Origin: Luteibaculaceae bacterium
Lineage (GTDB): Bacteria > Bacteroidota > Bacteroidia > Flavobacteriales_D > Luteibaculaceae
DNA: 64,000 nucleotides
Assembly: GCA_036275295.1 (NCBI GenBank)
Contig: DASUEB010000025.1
Location: 34,332-98,331, forward strand
Reading direction: 5' to 3'
Positions within the stretch are counted from its first letter, which is position 1. Each line of letters starts with the position of its first letter. Of this stretch, positions 45,804 through 56,259 are shown in pieces. A program made the position numbers and the translations under genes. The notes beneath the pieces are model-generated. The model saw only the letters and a list, made by a program, of their open reading frames with translations, did not search any database and was not told the origin of the DNA.

Positions 45804-46756
45804 CAAAGCACCTCTTTTACAATTTGCCGCACCTCATCGGCCTTGCCCATGGTGTAAAAATGCAAACAGGGCACTCCGCGTTCAATGAGCTCCTTGGTTT
45901 GCTGAATTCCCCAGGCAATACCCACTTCTTTTACCTCGGCATCGGTGGTGCAGCGCATCAACTGATCGGCGAGCGCATCTGGGAAGTCGACGTGGAAGGT
46001 CTTAGGGATAAACTGAATGTGCTTTAACGTTGTGATGACCTTGATGCCGGGAATAATAGGCACATTAATCCCTGCTTTCCTGCATTGGTCGACATAGTCG
46101 AAATATTTCTGGTTGTCGTAAAACAGTTGTGTAACCACGTATTCTGCCCCACACTCGACTTTCTTGTGGAGATTGGTGAGGTCAGTTTTTAGGTTGAGGG
46201 CCTCAAAGTGTTTTTCCGGATATCCTGCGGCTCCAATACAGAAGTTGGTGGGCGCATTGACGTATTTCTCATCGTGCAAAAATTTTCCGCTGTTCATGTT
46301 GTTGATTTGCTCAATCAACTCCCATGCGTAGCGATGGCCACCTGGGCTGGGCACAAAGGTGCTTTCGGTCTTAACGGGATCGCCGCGCAGCGCCAGGATA
46401 TTGTCAATACCCAGGAATTGCAATTCGATCAACGCGTTTTCCGTCTCCTCCTTGCTAAATCCGCCGCAAATCAAATGCGGAACGGTATCGATATGGAATT
46501 TATTCTGAATAGCTGCACAAATGCTTACCGTTCCTGGTCTTTTTCGAATGGCATATTTTTGCAAATAGCCTCCAGGCAGCGTTTTATAGAGATACTCCTC
46601 GCGGTGATAAGTAACGTTGATAAACTTCGGATCGAACTCCAGCAAAGGTTCTATTCCGTCGAAAATGGTCTGAATACTCGCCCCTTTCAACGGTGGCAAC
46701 AGTTCAAACGAGAAAAGTGTTTTTTTAGCCGCTTTTAAATGGTCAATTACCTTCAA
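45803..46756 (-). CDS. metF: methylenetetrahydrofolate reductase
   Basis: (M)KVIDHLKAAKKTLFSFELLPPLKG N-terminus and MetF-like TIM-barrel sequence. TTG start codon. Confidence 0.9.
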   Translation of the reverse strand: MKVIDHLKAAKKTLFSFELLPPLKGASIQTIFDGIEPLLEFDPKFINVTYHREEYLYKTLPGGYLQKYAIRKRPGTVSICAAIQNKFHIDTVPHLICGGFSKEETENALIELQFLGIDNILALRGDPVKTESTFVPSPGGHRYAWELIEQINNMNSGKFLHDEKYVNAPTNFCIGAAGYPEKHFEALNLKTDLTNLHKKVECGAEYVVTQLFYDNQKYFDYVDQCRKAGINVPIIPGIKVITTLKHIQFIPKTFHVDFPDALADQLMRCTTDAEVKEVGIAWGIQQTKELIERGVPCLHFYTMGKADEVRQIVKEVL

Positions 46757-46789
46757 AACTTACAGGTTTTATCGTGATAAACAAGGCCA

Positions 46790-46797
46790 CAAAGGTA
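46790..46797 (-). promoter_or_regulatory. -7 promoter box TACCTTTG for metF
   Basis: Exact TAnnTTTG on the minus strand, 33 nt upstream of TTG 46756. Confidence 0.45.
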
Positions 46798-47162
46798 GTG
46801 GATTAGTCGGTAATATCGCCCCGTCGCCTCGTTCCTATCTCTCCAACTTTAAACCACCCAACAAGACCTTTAGTTATCCATCACTCAAAACCTCGGATTT
46901 GCTGATCTATCGGTTTGTCCAGCATCCAACGGCTCTGGGAAACTTTTTAGTCCGAGGGTTGTCTATATGCCTAAGGTGAGAAATCAGCAACGGCGATCCA
47001 AAATTGCAGAAATGGAACCCTTGACCAAGGGCCACCGCGTCACACTCTCATCCCCTTTTTGAGCTCCCTTCCACTCAAGTGGCTATGGCATAGTCAGGGT
47101 TATTGACCCCCGAGTGTTGACAATAGCAGGTCTTATATTGTCGTTAAGGCCTTTGGTAGGCG

Positions 47163-47170
47163 TAATTTTG
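47163..47170 (+). promoter_or_regulatory. -7 promoter box TAATTTTG for the 277-aa gene
   Basis: Exact TAnnTTTG, 20 nt upstream of ATG 47191. A TTG sits 22 nt further upstream (47138-47140). Confidence 0.5.
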
Positions 47171-47190
47171 ATCAATAAACTTGAGGTGTT

Positions 47191-48024
47191 ATGGCATCGT
47201 TCAAAAGCCTGGCCGAAACGGCACAGCAAATAGCTTTCTACATAGACCAGCTCAATGCGGGCAAACTGTCGGCCATGGCCATCGACGACCTGCTCAACGA
47301 GGTGCGTGAATTGGAGGCAAGGTTAATCATTCTTCGCTACAAAGCATATGAGCAACAAGCGATTGAAGAGACCGCCCCTGAGCCAGCACCCGCCGAGGCT
47401 GAAAACACATGGACAACCTTTTCCATCGATACAGCTGAACCCGAAACCTCCACTGAACCGCAATTTTCGGTGGGCGAGTTAAACCCAGAGGTCGTATTAC
47501 CAGAACCTGAAAGTGCTTTCGAACAACCCATTCCCTTTGGCATCCAAGAACTAACGCCTGAAATAGAGGCGGAAGAGCCTGCCACCACCGCATTTCACGA
47601 TGTGATCCAAGAGGCTATGGAAAGGGCTCCCGAGCATCACGAAGATCTGAATGACGCTATCAAAAAAGCGGCGTCTTACCGACAACAAGTGGTACAGCAA
47701 ACCCTAATGATTGAGCCGGTCTTGGAAACCTCGCCACCCGCGCAAAAATCAGGCCAAGCAACCCTTGCCAATCAACTGCAGCGCAGCGGTATTTCTGACC
47801 TCAACAAAGTCATTGCCATTGCCGATAAATACAACTTTATCGTTCACTTGTTTGATTCAAACAACGAAGCGTATACCGCCGCCATCAATAAAATAAATCA
47901 CTGTGGATCATGGTCAGCTGCCAAAGACTACATGGATCAACAGCTGGCACCCACGTACCGATGGAATCGGGAATCGGCGACCGTTCAGCAATTCACTGAC
48001 CTCGTAGAGCGCATGTACGCATGA
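47191..48024 (+). CDS. hypothetical protein with acidic Pro/Glu-rich central linker
   Basis: 277 aa, helical N- and C-terminal domains. 4-nt overlap with the downstream M28 gene. Confidence 0.6.
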   Translation: MASFKSLAETAQQIAFYIDQLNAGKLSAMAIDDLLNEVRELEARLIILRYKAYEQQAIEETAPEPAPAEAENTWTTFSIDTAEPETSTEPQFSVGELNPEVVLPEPESAFEQPIPFGIQELTPEIEAEEPATTAFHDVIQEAMERAPEHHEDLNDAIKKAASYRQQVVQQTLMIEPVLETSPPAQKSGQATLANQLQRSGISDLNKVIAIADKYNFIVHLFDSNNEAYTAAINKINHCGSWSAAKDYMDQQLAPTYRWNRESATVQQFTDLVERMYA

Positions 48025-49259
48025 GAAACATCCTATCCGTCATCGTTTTGATTGTTGCCCTCGGACAGGGTTCCAAAGCGCAATTTACTGATCGCGGCAG
48101 GCTTTATGTTGACACCCTTTGCTCTTCGTATTTCTGGGGCCGGGGGTATACCAATGAGGGATGCAACAGGACGGCATATTACTTAGAGGATCGGTTTGAC
48201 CATTTCAAACTCGAAAAACTCGGTAATAGCTATTTCCAAGAATTTCCGTCCAATTTCAACACCTTTCCATTCGAGTGCGAGGTAGAGCGCAACGGTCAAT
48301 CCCTGCGAACAGGGGTAGATTTCCAACCGCACCCAGCCTCGGGTCCAGGCCGCGGTGTTTTTAAACCGATTTACATCGACTCGGTCACCGGACAACTTCC
48401 AGTAATTAAAGAACGGGCGATGGTTTTTGTGCCCAAAGTGTGGCTCGACAAACAAGCTAACAAGTCCGATTTTATTGATAGTTTGGTTCAATTCTATCCG
48501 CTGGCCTTGGAGGCCGGGACGCAGCTCACTTGGAGCGTCGACGGCTATCAAACGCCCAACCCGATCATTGAAGTGAAGAGCGATAAATTTTGGGGAGTAG
48601 AGAAGCTGCGCATGCGCATTGCCGCAGTTCTCGAAAAAAATTACTATATTAAAAACGTCGTGGGTGTAGTAAAAGGCACCCAATACCCCGACAGCTTTTT
48701 GTTTCTCACCGCTCATTACGACCACTTGGGTGGCATGGGTGAGAAAATCTACATTCCCGGCGCCAACGACAACGCAAGTGGAACGGCCATGCTTCTGACT
48801 TTGGCGGAATATTTCAGTAAAAACCCCTTAAAATACAGCATTGTATTTGTTGCATTTGCCGGTGAAGAAGCGGGTCTTTTGGGTTCTAAATATTTTGTTG
48901 ACCACAGTCCGGTTGATCTCAAGCGCATTAAATTTCTGTTCAACCTTGATCTCATGGGCACGGGTGCCGATGGGGCCACAGTAGTCAATGCCACTCTGTT
49001 TGAGGGAGCCTTCGCACAATTGGCAGACATCAATCAGCGAGGCGGTTATCTCAAAACCTTGAACAAACGCGGCGAAGCGGCCAACAGCGACCATTATTTC
49101 TTTACCCTGAAAGGCGTTCCTTCGTTTTTTATGTATTTGCAAGACAGTCAATATACGGCCTATCACCGGGTTAGCGATCGCCCTGCTGACCTGCCATTGA
49201 CCCGATTTTCGGCAACAGCCGAATTGCTTATCAAATTCTATCAGCAGCTGGGTTTATGA
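48021..49259 (+). CDS. M28-family zinc peptidase
   Basis: AHYDHLG, GANDNASG and FAGEEAGLLGS motifs; signal peptide. Confidence 0.8.
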   Translation: MRNILSVIVLIVALGQGSKAQFTDRGRLYVDTLCSSYFWGRGYTNEGCNRTAYYLEDRFDHFKLEKLGNSYFQEFPSNFNTFPFECEVERNGQSLRTGVDFQPHPASGPGRGVFKPIYIDSVTGQLPVIKERAMVFVPKVWLDKQANKSDFIDSLVQFYPLALEAGTQLTWSVDGYQTPNPIIEVKSDKFWGVEKLRMRIAAVLEKNYYIKNVVGVVKGTQYPDSFLFLTAHYDHLGGMGEKIYIPGANDNASGTAMLLTLAEYFSKNPLKYSIVFVAFAGEEAGLLGSKYFVDHSPVDLKRIKFLFNLDLMGTGADGATVVNATLFEGAFAQLADINQRGGYLKTLNKRGEAANSDHYFFTLKGVPSFFMYLQDSQYTAYHRVSDRPADLPLTRFSATAELLIKFYQQLGL

Positions 49260-49969
49260 AGCTATACCTGGTCCCCACGCCCATTGGAAATTTAGAAGAT
49301 ATTACCCTTCGCGCCATACGCGTTTTGGGTGAAGTTGACGCCATCTTGGCAGAGGACACGCGGGTTACCCTTCGACTACTGCAACACCTGGGCATTCAGA
49401 AACCGGTGATCAGCAATCATTCTCACAATGAACACAAGCGCTTGGACGGTGTGTTAGAGCGATTAAAACAGGGCCAAACCATAGCACTGGTAAGTGATGC
49501 GGGCACTCCAGGCATTAGCGACCCTGGATTTCTGCTGGTTCGCGCGTGCCGTGAAGCGGGGGTAGCGGTTGAATCCCTTCCCGGGCCAACCGCTTTTGTT
49601 CCTGCTTTGCTCAACTCGGGATTCCCGTGCGATCGCTTCATTTTTGAGGGCTTCCTACCCCAGAAAAAAGGAAGGCAAACCCGCATCAAACAACTGGCCG
49701 AGGAAACCCGTACTCTGGTATTTTACGAGAGTCCATTCCGCTTGATCAAAACCCTCGAGCAGCTGCGCGAATTCTTTGAAGATGATCGATTGGCCTGTGT
49801 TTCGCGAGAACTCACAAAAATCTATGAAGAAAATGTGGTGGGCACCTTCTCTGAGCTCATCGCCTATTACACCCATCACCCCCTCAAGGGCGAGATTGTG
49901 TTGGTGGTGAAAGGAAAAGTGGCAACCGAAAAAACCCCGACAAAATATCGGGGTTCTGATGAGGATTAA
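49256..49969 (+). CDS. rsmI: 16S rRNA (cytidine1402-2'-O)-methyltransferase
   Basis: [18 protein letters not shown] and [12 protein letters not shown] motifs. Confidence 0.9.
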   Translation: MKLYLVPTPIGNLEDITLRAIRVLGEVDAILAEDTRVTLRLLQHLGIQKPVISNHSHNEHKRLDGVLERLKQGQTIALVSDAGTPGISDPGFLLVRACREAGVAVESLPGPTAFVPALLNSGFPCDRFIFEGFLPQKKGRQTRIKQLAEETRTLVFYESPFRLIKTLEQLREFFEDDRLACVSRELTKIYEENVVGTFSELIAYYTHHPLKGEIVLVVKGKVATEKTPTKYRGSDED

Positions 49970-51753
49970 TCGAGTTTTAACACGGTAAGGAAGGCCTCTT
50001 GGGGCACTTCTACACGTCCCACCTGGCGCATCCGCTTCTTACCTTCCTTCTGTTTCTCCAAAAGCTTCCGCTTCCGGCTGATGTCGCCGCCATAACACTT
50101 GGCCGTTACGTCTTTGCGAAGGGCTTTAACCGTTTCGCGTGCGATAATTTTGGCACCTATGGCCGCTTGGATGGCGATTTCGAATTGCTGACGAGGAATG
50201 AGCTCCTTCATTTTTTCGCAAATCTTTTTGCCCAGCGAATAGGCATTATCGGTATGGATAAGGGCGCTCAGGGCATCCACTTGGTCGCCATTGAGCAGGA
50301 TATCCATTTTCACCAATTTCGATTGGCGGTAACCAATGGGGAAATAATCGAATGAGGCATACCCCCTTGAGATGGTCTTGAGCTTGTCGTAGAAATCGAA
50401 AACAATCTCTCCCAGCGGCATTTCAAAGTTCATTTCAATGCGATCGGTGGTCAAGTAGGTTTGATTCACCATGATGCCTCGCTTGTTGATGCAAAGGCCC
50501 ATCACGGCACCGATGTATTCCGACTTGGTAATGATTTGAGCTTTGATAAACGGCTCTTCTACGTATTCAATTTTAGTGGGATCCGGTAAATCGGAGGGGT
50601 TGTTGATGGCCAACATTTCTCCTTGTTTGTCCATGCATCGGTACGATACGTTAGGAACGGTAGTGATTACCGTCATATTGAATTCGCGCTCCAATCGCTC
50701 CTGAATGATTTCCATGTGCAACATGCCCAGGAAGCCGCAACGGAAGCCAAATCCAAGAGCTGCAGAACTTTCGGGCTCAAAAACCAGCGACGCGTCGTTG
50801 AGTTGCAATTTTTCCATGGATGCGCGCAATTCCTCGAAATCTTCGGTATCTACCGGATAAATACCCGCATACACCATGGGTTTCACATCTTCGAAACCTT
50901 TGATGGCCTCGTTGCAAGGTCGGGCTACATGCGTGATGGTATCACCTACCTTAACCTCCTTCGCCACCTTGATACCCGAAATAATGTAACCCACGTCGCC
51001 AGTACCCACAAAATCTTTAGGGACCATATCCAACTTGAGGACCCCGATTTCATCGGCAAAGTACTCGCTACCGGTATTGACAAATTTTACGCGATCGCCT
51101 TTTTTGATGCTTCCGTTTAATACGCGGAAATAAGCAATGATACCGCGGAAAGAATTAAACACGCTGTCGAAAATAAGCGCTTGCAGAGGGGCTTCCGGAT
51201 CGCCTACAGGGGCTGGAATGCGCTCTACTACCGCCTCCAGAACTTTATCTACGCCCAAGCCGGTTTTTCCGGAGGCTGGTAGAATGTCTTCTTTGGTACA
51301 CCCAATCAAATCGATGATTTGATCCATTACCTCTTCTGGATTCGCACTGGGCAAATCCATCTTGTTGAGAACGGGAATAATGGTCAAATCGTGCTCCAAA
51401 GCCAAGTAAAGGTTGGAGATGGTTTGTGCCTGGATCCCTTGAGTAGCGTCGACAATGAGCAGTGCTCCTTCGCAAGCTGCAATACTGCGAGACACTTCAT
51501 ACGAGAAATCGACGTGACCGGGCGTGTCGATGAGATTCAATACATAGGGTTCGCCTTTGTACGAATAATTCATCTGAATGGCATGGCTTTTGATGGTAAT
51601 ACCGCGCTCGCGCTCCAAGTCCATATCGTCGAGCGTTTGTGAGGTAAGCTCGCGGGCGCTTACGGTGTTTGTAACTTGTAACAAGCGGTCGGCCAAGGTG
51701 CTTTTACCGTGGTCGATGTGTGCGATGATGCAAAAATTGCGGATATTCTTCAT
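49966..51753 (-). CDS. lepA: translation elongation factor 4
   Basis: [21 protein letters not shown]1 motif, [12 protein letters not shown]. Start ATG 51753 is supported by the -7 box. Confidence 0.95.
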   Translation of the reverse strand: MKNIRNFCIIAHIDHGKSTLADRLLQVTNTVSARELTSQTLDDMDLERERGITIKSHAIQMNYSYKGEPYVLNLIDTPGHVDFSYEVSRSIAACEGALLIVDATQGIQAQTISNLYLALEHDLTIIPVLNKMDLPSANPEEVMDQIIDLIGCTKEDILPASGKTGLGVDKVLEAVVERIPAPVGDPEAPLQALIFDSVFNSFRGIIAYFRVLNGSIKKGDRVKFVNTGSEYFADEIGVLKLDMVPKDFVGTGDVGYIISGIKVAKEVKVGDTITHVARPCNEAIKGFEDVKPMVYAGIYPVDTEDFEELRASMEKLQLNDASLVFEPESSAALGFGFRCGFLGMLHMEIIQERLEREFNMTVITTVPNVSYRCMDKQGEMLAINNPSDLPDPTKIEYVEEPFIKAQIITKSEYIGAVMGLCINKRGIMVNQTYLTTDRIEMNFEMPLGEIVFDFYDKLKTISRGYASFDYFPIGYRQSKLVKMDILLNGDQVDALSALIHTDNAYSLGKKICEKMKELIPRQQFEIAIQAAIGAKIIARETVKALRKDVTAKCYGGDISRKRKLLEKQKEGKKRMRQVGRVEVPQEAFLTVLKLD

Positions 51754-51768
51754 AAGCCAGATAGCGTG

Positions 51769-51776
51769 CAAAAGTA
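51769..51776 (-). promoter_or_regulatory. -7 promoter box TACTTTTG for lepA
   Basis: Exact TAnnTTTG on the minus strand, 15 nt upstream of ATG 51753. Confidence 0.5.
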
Positions 51777-51987
51777 CATAAAAGAATGCACTGTATTCTT
51801 GTCCATAACAGGTCAAGAGGCCATAAGGTTGCTCCAAACAACAAAGACGCCTGATGAGGCGCCTTTGTGAGTGGATTTTGATTGCTATGACAAGTCGATT
51901 CCAAAGCTGACTCGCATGATCCTCAACTCGGTTTGATCATCTGAAAAATAGATGATGAGTATCAGACGGTAAAAGCAGCGAAAACGC

Positions 51988-52986
51988 TTATTGTTTCACA
52001 AATTTTTGCGAGTAAACTTCATCGCCTTTTAAGAAAGAAATCCAATACGCGCCTTGAGGCCATTGACTCACATCGATAGCGGTGGTGCCGGTTTCAAACG
52101 AAGCCACCAAGGAGCCGTTGGCCGATAGCACCTGAGCTTTGTCAAAAGCAACCTGCGGAAGGTTGACTACATCACGGGCAAGGGTTGGATAGATTCCCTG
52201 TTCATCCAGCGCTTTTTTAAAGGCCGAAATGCCATTTCCACTGGGAATAAATCGATACACCGTATTGGCGGCTGCAATCCCCTCCGTAAAGGTCAGGTTG
52301 TTGATATCGGTTTGGCTTGCGATGGTAGCCGTCTGCGCATTTCCAGTAAGCGATTGGTAGTAGCTATTGCTTATCCCTTCCTCTGCATCGAAGTCAGGAC
52401 TTAAAAGGTAAAAAGCACCTACTTCACCGGAAAACGAGCTCTCGGGGTTGGAAATCGAGCTGTTGCCAAAACGCACCTCCAAAATTCCTCCGGCTTCGTA
52501 AAACCAGAATTGGAAATTGGCAAAATCGGTGAATACATTGTCAGATGCTCCCTCATCGTAGAAACCTACGTTCTGGAATTCGATTTTCAAGATGCGGTTG
52601 GGGGCCTGACCCTCGGTTTTATAGGACAAGGCCGATTCTGATGAACCGGGCGTATTGTTGGCCTGTGAATTGCTAAAATCGTAACCCCTATCGGTAATAT
52701 CCAAGCCCATCAAAATACTCCAAGGCTGAAACCCAAGCGGCGACTCCTGATAGTTTACCCAACCACCAAGGCCGTTTAGATACAGCACGTTATAGGTCTG
52801 TTGATAAATCTGAACAGGAAAACCGGGGTCTACCACAAACACAGGATCGTCCCAAGCCAAGGTTTGGTTTAAGCTGGTAGCATTGGCAAGGGGTTGATAA
52901 TTGGCCTGACTGATGGCAAAATTATACGGCTGTGCTTTTGATAATGAAACAAGGAAAAGCGCGCAAATAAGGAAGATGTTTTTCAT
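51988..52986 (-). CDS. secreted protein with T9SS type-A C-terminal sorting domain
   Basis: Signal peptide. C-terminus ...IDVSQWPQGAYWISFLKGDEVYSQKFVKQ. Confidence 0.7.
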   Translation of the reverse strand: MKNIFLICALFLVSLSKAQPYNFAISQANYQPLANATSLNQTLAWDDPVFVVDPGFPVQIYQQTYNVLYLNGLGGWVNYQESPLGFQPWSILMGLDITDRGYDFSNSQANNTPGSSESALSYKTEGQAPNRILKIEFQNVGFYDEGASDNVFTDFANFQFWFYEAGGILEVRFGNSSISNPESSFSGEVGAFYLLSPDFDAEEGISNSYYQSLTGNAQTATIASQTDINNLTFTEGIAAANTVYRFIPSGNGISAFKKALDEQGIYPTLARDVVNLPQVAFDKAQVLSANGSLVASFETGTTAIDVSQWPQGAYWISFLKGDEVYSQKFVKQ

Positions 52987-52999
52987 GTATGTGTGGGGT

Positions 53000-53458
53000 T
53001 TAAAATTTCTTTTTAGTCACTTTATCGTGATTGGGCAGATAGGTTGGCAAGGCAGCAGAGCCATACCAAGAAAAAAGCGATGGGGTAAGCAGTTGATTTT
53101 TTATTGCGGGATCCATGGCTAGCCATTGTTCAACCTGCTCGAACGAATCGCTCGCAAAAATGAACAAACCCCGCCATTGATCTTCGTTTTTACTGTAAGG
53201 GCCAGCCACCACCAGTTTTCCCTCGGCAGCCAAACGCTCAATATTCTGCATGTGCCCCGCAAAACAACTATCGATAAACGCTTTGTTGGCGGTGGTATTC
53301 GGACCGGTTTTAAGCAATACAAAAGTGTATTTGCGCATGCCGTAATCATCAGCTTGCAGTTGTTTTGCCAGCGTGGAGTCGTATGAAACGTCTTGTGCAC
53401 CAAGCCACTGGCATAAAGATAAACCGATGAAAACCAATAGTAAACGAAGTGTACCCAT
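53000..53458 (-). CDS. exported YciI-like protein
   Basis: Signal peptide, then ...FVLLKTGPN...HMQNIERLAAEGKLVVAGP..., resembling the YciI/dimeric alpha-beta barrel family. Weak call by eye. Confidence 0.5.
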   Translation of the reverse strand: MGTLRLLLVFIGLSLCQWLGAQDVSYDSTLAKQLQADDYGMRKYTFVLLKTGPNTTANKAFIDSCFAGHMQNIERLAAEGKLVVAGPYSKNEDQWRGLFIFASDSFEQVEQWLAMDPAIKNQLLTPSLFSWYGSAALPTYLPNHDKVTKKKF

Positions 53459-53472
53459 AACGCAGTGTATAT

Positions 53473-53910
53473 TTAGGTGGTTGGGTTCATTACATTAAAC
53501 ATCCAGCGAATGCCAAATTTATCGATGCAGACACCCCAATAACCCCAGAACTGTTCTTGTGGCGCAACGCATTCGCTCGATTGAGTGGCCAGCGCTTGGT
53601 AGAGGCGATCAGCTTCTTCCTTCGAATCGAGTTCGAGATTCAAGACCGTGTTGTTGCCCACCACCAATTTGTGCCCCATGCTTTCGAGCATATCACAACC
53701 CATGAGCTGAAAACCGTTGAATAAGCTGAGGCCAACATGCATCACCTTGCCTTGTTCATGTTCGGGCAAAGATGAAGCCACGTCTGATCCAGGCATATCG
53801 CGCATATAAGAGAACGGAAAAGTGAATTCGCCTCTGAAAATTTGGCGATAATGGTTGAAGGCCTCTTCGCAATTACCCGCGAAATTGAGATATACCGATA
53901 CGTTGGCCAT
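53473..53910 (-). CDS. VOC-family protein (PhnB-like)
   Basis: VSVYLNFAGNCEEAFNHYRQIF N-terminus is typical of the PhnB-like glyoxalase fold. Confidence 0.75.
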   Translation of the reverse strand: MANVSVYLNFAGNCEEAFNHYRQIFRGEFTFPFSYMRDMPGSDVASSLPEHEQGKVMHVGLSLFNGFQLMGCDMLESMGHKLVVGNNTVLNLELDSKEEADRLYQALATQSSECVAPQEQFWGYWGVCIDKFGIRWMFNVMNPTT

Positions 53911-53943
53911 AGAGGGAAGTTTAAAGCGATATTACGCAAAAAA

Positions 53944-55056
53944 TTAAATCAGATGAAATAGCCATAGACATTGAGCCAGCAGCCCTGCGCCCAGCAAAAT
54001 CCAAACGTTGTTTAGTTTGGGAAGTAATACCAGTACCAGCCCTGATGCGACCATCAGAGCCGAAAAAGGCCACTCGGTGCGGTGGGGCCAAAACATTTCA
54101 AAGCATGTATGCAAAATGAGGGCCACAGATGCGGTATTCAGCGCACTTAAGGCCCTGCTTACCGCCGGATGATTGGGTAATTTCTGAAAACTGTAGTGAA
54201 GTACATAGACCCAAATAAACGAAGGAAGAAAAATGCCCAGCGATGCCAACGCCGCGCCCGACCAACCATCTAACCAGAAACCCACAAATGCAGCCGAGGA
54301 AAAAACCGGCCCCGGCGTAATTTGACCCACAGCTATGGCATCGGTCAATACTTGAGCGGGCATCAAACCCGTCTCAACAAACTCGGTGTGAAAAAAAGAA
54401 AACAAAACATATCCCGACCCATACAACAAGGCTCCAATTTTAAAAAACGAGCCAAACAAACCCCATCCGCTCAAGGATACGGCTGCGGGAAGCGCCAAGG
54501 TGAAAGTTCGATTGAATCGTCCGGCCGAAAGGGCCCATATGGCCGCTGAACCAAATAATATGGGCAATTCAGAAATGCCCAGGAAGGAAAGCAACAAGGA
54601 AACCACAAACAAAATAGCCTCTGGAAGCGAGTAAACGATTCCGGTGATATACGGTTTTAAAGCCCAAATAACAACCGCAATAACCGCCGCTTGAACCCCA
54701 AAAATGAAGGGCGCCACATAAGGCAAGGCGCTAAACTCTCCATACAGCGCAGCTATCACCGTGGTTAGTATCACGGCAGGAACGATAAATGAAAGCCCCG
54801 TAATGCACATGCCGCGCAAACCTGCGCGCTTTAATCCCACATGAATGGCCAATTCAGTGCTGTTAGGGCCCGGAATAAGCTGGGTAAGAGCCCATAACTG
54901 CATAAACGATTTATCGGAAAACCACCTGCGGCGATCAACCAACTCCTGCTTCATGATCACCAAATGAGCCGCAGGCCCACCGAAAGCAGTGAGACCCAAA
55001 CGCAGAAAAATCGAAAACAACGACTTAAGAATGACCTGCTGTCTGTAAAAGGGCAT
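53944..55056 (-). CDS. chrA: chromate transporter (ChrA/CHR family)
   Basis: FLRLGLTAFGGPAAHL and the second-half repeat FFKIGALLYGSGYV. Start at ATG 55056. Confidence 0.85.
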   Translation of the reverse strand: MPFYRQQVILKSLFSIFLRLGLTAFGGPAAHLVIMKQELVDRRRWFSDKSFMQLWALTQLIPGPNSTELAIHVGLKRAGLRGMCITGLSFIVPAVILTTVIAALYGEFSALPYVAPFIFGVQAAVIAVVIWALKPYITGIVYSLPEAILFVVSLLLSFLGISELPILFGSAAIWALSAGRFNRTFTLALPAAVSLSGWGLFGSFFKIGALLYGSGYVLFSFFHTEFVETGLMPAQVLTDAIAVGQITPGPVFSSAAFVGFWLDGWSGAALASLGIFLPSFIWVYVLHYSFQKLPNHPAVSRALSALNTASVALILHTCFEMFWPHRTEWPFSALMVASGLVLVLLPKLNNVWILLGAGLLAQCLWLFHLI

Positions 55057-55059
55057 AGG

Positions 55060-55067
55060 CAAAAATA
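55060..55067 (-). promoter_or_regulatory. -7 promoter box TATTTTTG adjacent to the chrA start
   Basis: Exact TAnnTTTG on the minus strand, only 3 nt from ATG 55056. Either the mRNA is leaderless or the match is coincidental. Confidence 0.3.
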
Positions 55068-55244
55068 ACCAATACTTAATACGATGCACCTGAAACCCAA
55101 CAGCCCGTTGCCGCATTGGAGCAACTTCTATTAAAAAATTGCATTTCGCGGCTGTAAATGGATCGGAAGTTTACATCAATCTCAAGAGATCCCTAAACCC
55201 GTTAAGACAAGTGCGTCATAGCATATCACATCTTTTTGAAAGCC

Positions 55245-56141
55245 TTACTTGTCTTGGTAATCCTCATACCAATCAAACTGCGATTGAATGATCTCAGCTT
55301 TGTGCTCGCGCACAAAATCCAAGTAGGCCTGAGCAACGGGTGAGAGGGTTTTCTTTTTCAACCATACCAACCTCCATCGGGTGATTATCGGCAAGCCGGG
55401 GGCCTGAACAATGGAAAGGGTTCCGTTTTGCAATTCGTTTTTGATGCCAATGAGCGGCAGTATGGAATAGCCAATACCTGCGATTACGGCCTGTTTTACC
55501 GCCTCATTCGAGGTGAGCACCAAGCGTTTGTACACCGGATTATCGCTGAAATAATAATCCATTGCTTTGCGCGTTGCCGAGCCATCCTCTCGGAACAAAA
55601 GCGGTAAACGAGGATCAATAGACGCTTTTTTCGACACCATGTACAGCCGGTTGTCCATTAATACCTCCTCCTCCAAATCGAGATCGTGAGGCAGAACAGA
55701 CACCAAGGCAAAATCAATATCGTTCGCCAAAAGGTGTTTGATTACCGTTGTTTTATTCGAAACATCCAAGACCAAATCGACCGAGGGATGCAGATCCATG
55801 AATCCCGACAAAAAATACGGAATGACATACTTGCCCGTTGATGCGCTGGAGATGCGCAACTTGCCCGCAAACAGGTTTCTAAATTGTTTGGTCTTGTACT
55901 GTAACACCTCTGCCTCTTCCAGAATATTGTTGGCTACCTGCGCCACCGTATGACCAAACTCGGTTACCTGAAGCCGCTTGCCCGCGTATTCGATTAATGG
56001 AATGTCGAACTGGTTTTGGAAATTCTTGAGCTGAATAGACAAGGCCGGCTGAGACATATTCATGGCCTCTGAGGCCCGTGTTATGCTCTGATGTTTGACA
56101 ACAGAAAGGAAAATCTGAAGCTGGTGAAAAGTGTAGTTCAT
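55245..56141 (-). CDS. LysR-family transcriptional regulator
   Basis: N-terminal wHTH (FHQLQIFLSVVKHQSITRASEAMNMSQPALSIQLKNFQ) plus a substrate-binding domain. Confidence 0.9.
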   Translation of the reverse strand: MNYTFHQLQIFLSVVKHQSITRASEAMNMSQPALSIQLKNFQNQFDIPLIEYAGKRLQVTEFGHTVAQVANNILEEAEVLQYKTKQFRNLFAGKLRISSASTGKYVIPYFLSGFMDLHPSVDLVLDVSNKTTVIKHLLANDIDFALVSVLPHDLDLEEEVLMDNRLYMVSKKASIDPRLPLLFREDGSATRKAMDYYFSDNPVYKRLVLTSNEAVKQAVIAGIGYSILPLIGIKNELQNGTLSIVQAPGLPIITRWRLVWLKKKTLSPVAQAYLDFVREHKAEIIQSQFDWYEDYQDK

Positions 56142-56259
56142 AAATAAAAACAATAACAAGTATAATAAATATAAATAAAAATAAATGAAAAATCAAGTCG
56201 AACTTTGCGGCAGTCAATTGATAGACACATCTGTTGGCGGGTTTTTCCAAAGCGCTTGA

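Noticed and set aside
46757-47190. SAM-I, cobalamin or TPP riboswitch in a long metF leader
   Set aside because: The conserved cores were not found on either strand by eye. An exact -7 box 33 nt from the metF start also implies a short leader.
49966-49969. 4-nt convergent overlap of the rsmI and lepA stop codons (TTAA) as a regulatory feature
   Set aside because: Overlapping convergent stops are common in compact genomes, and nothing else unusual is visible there.
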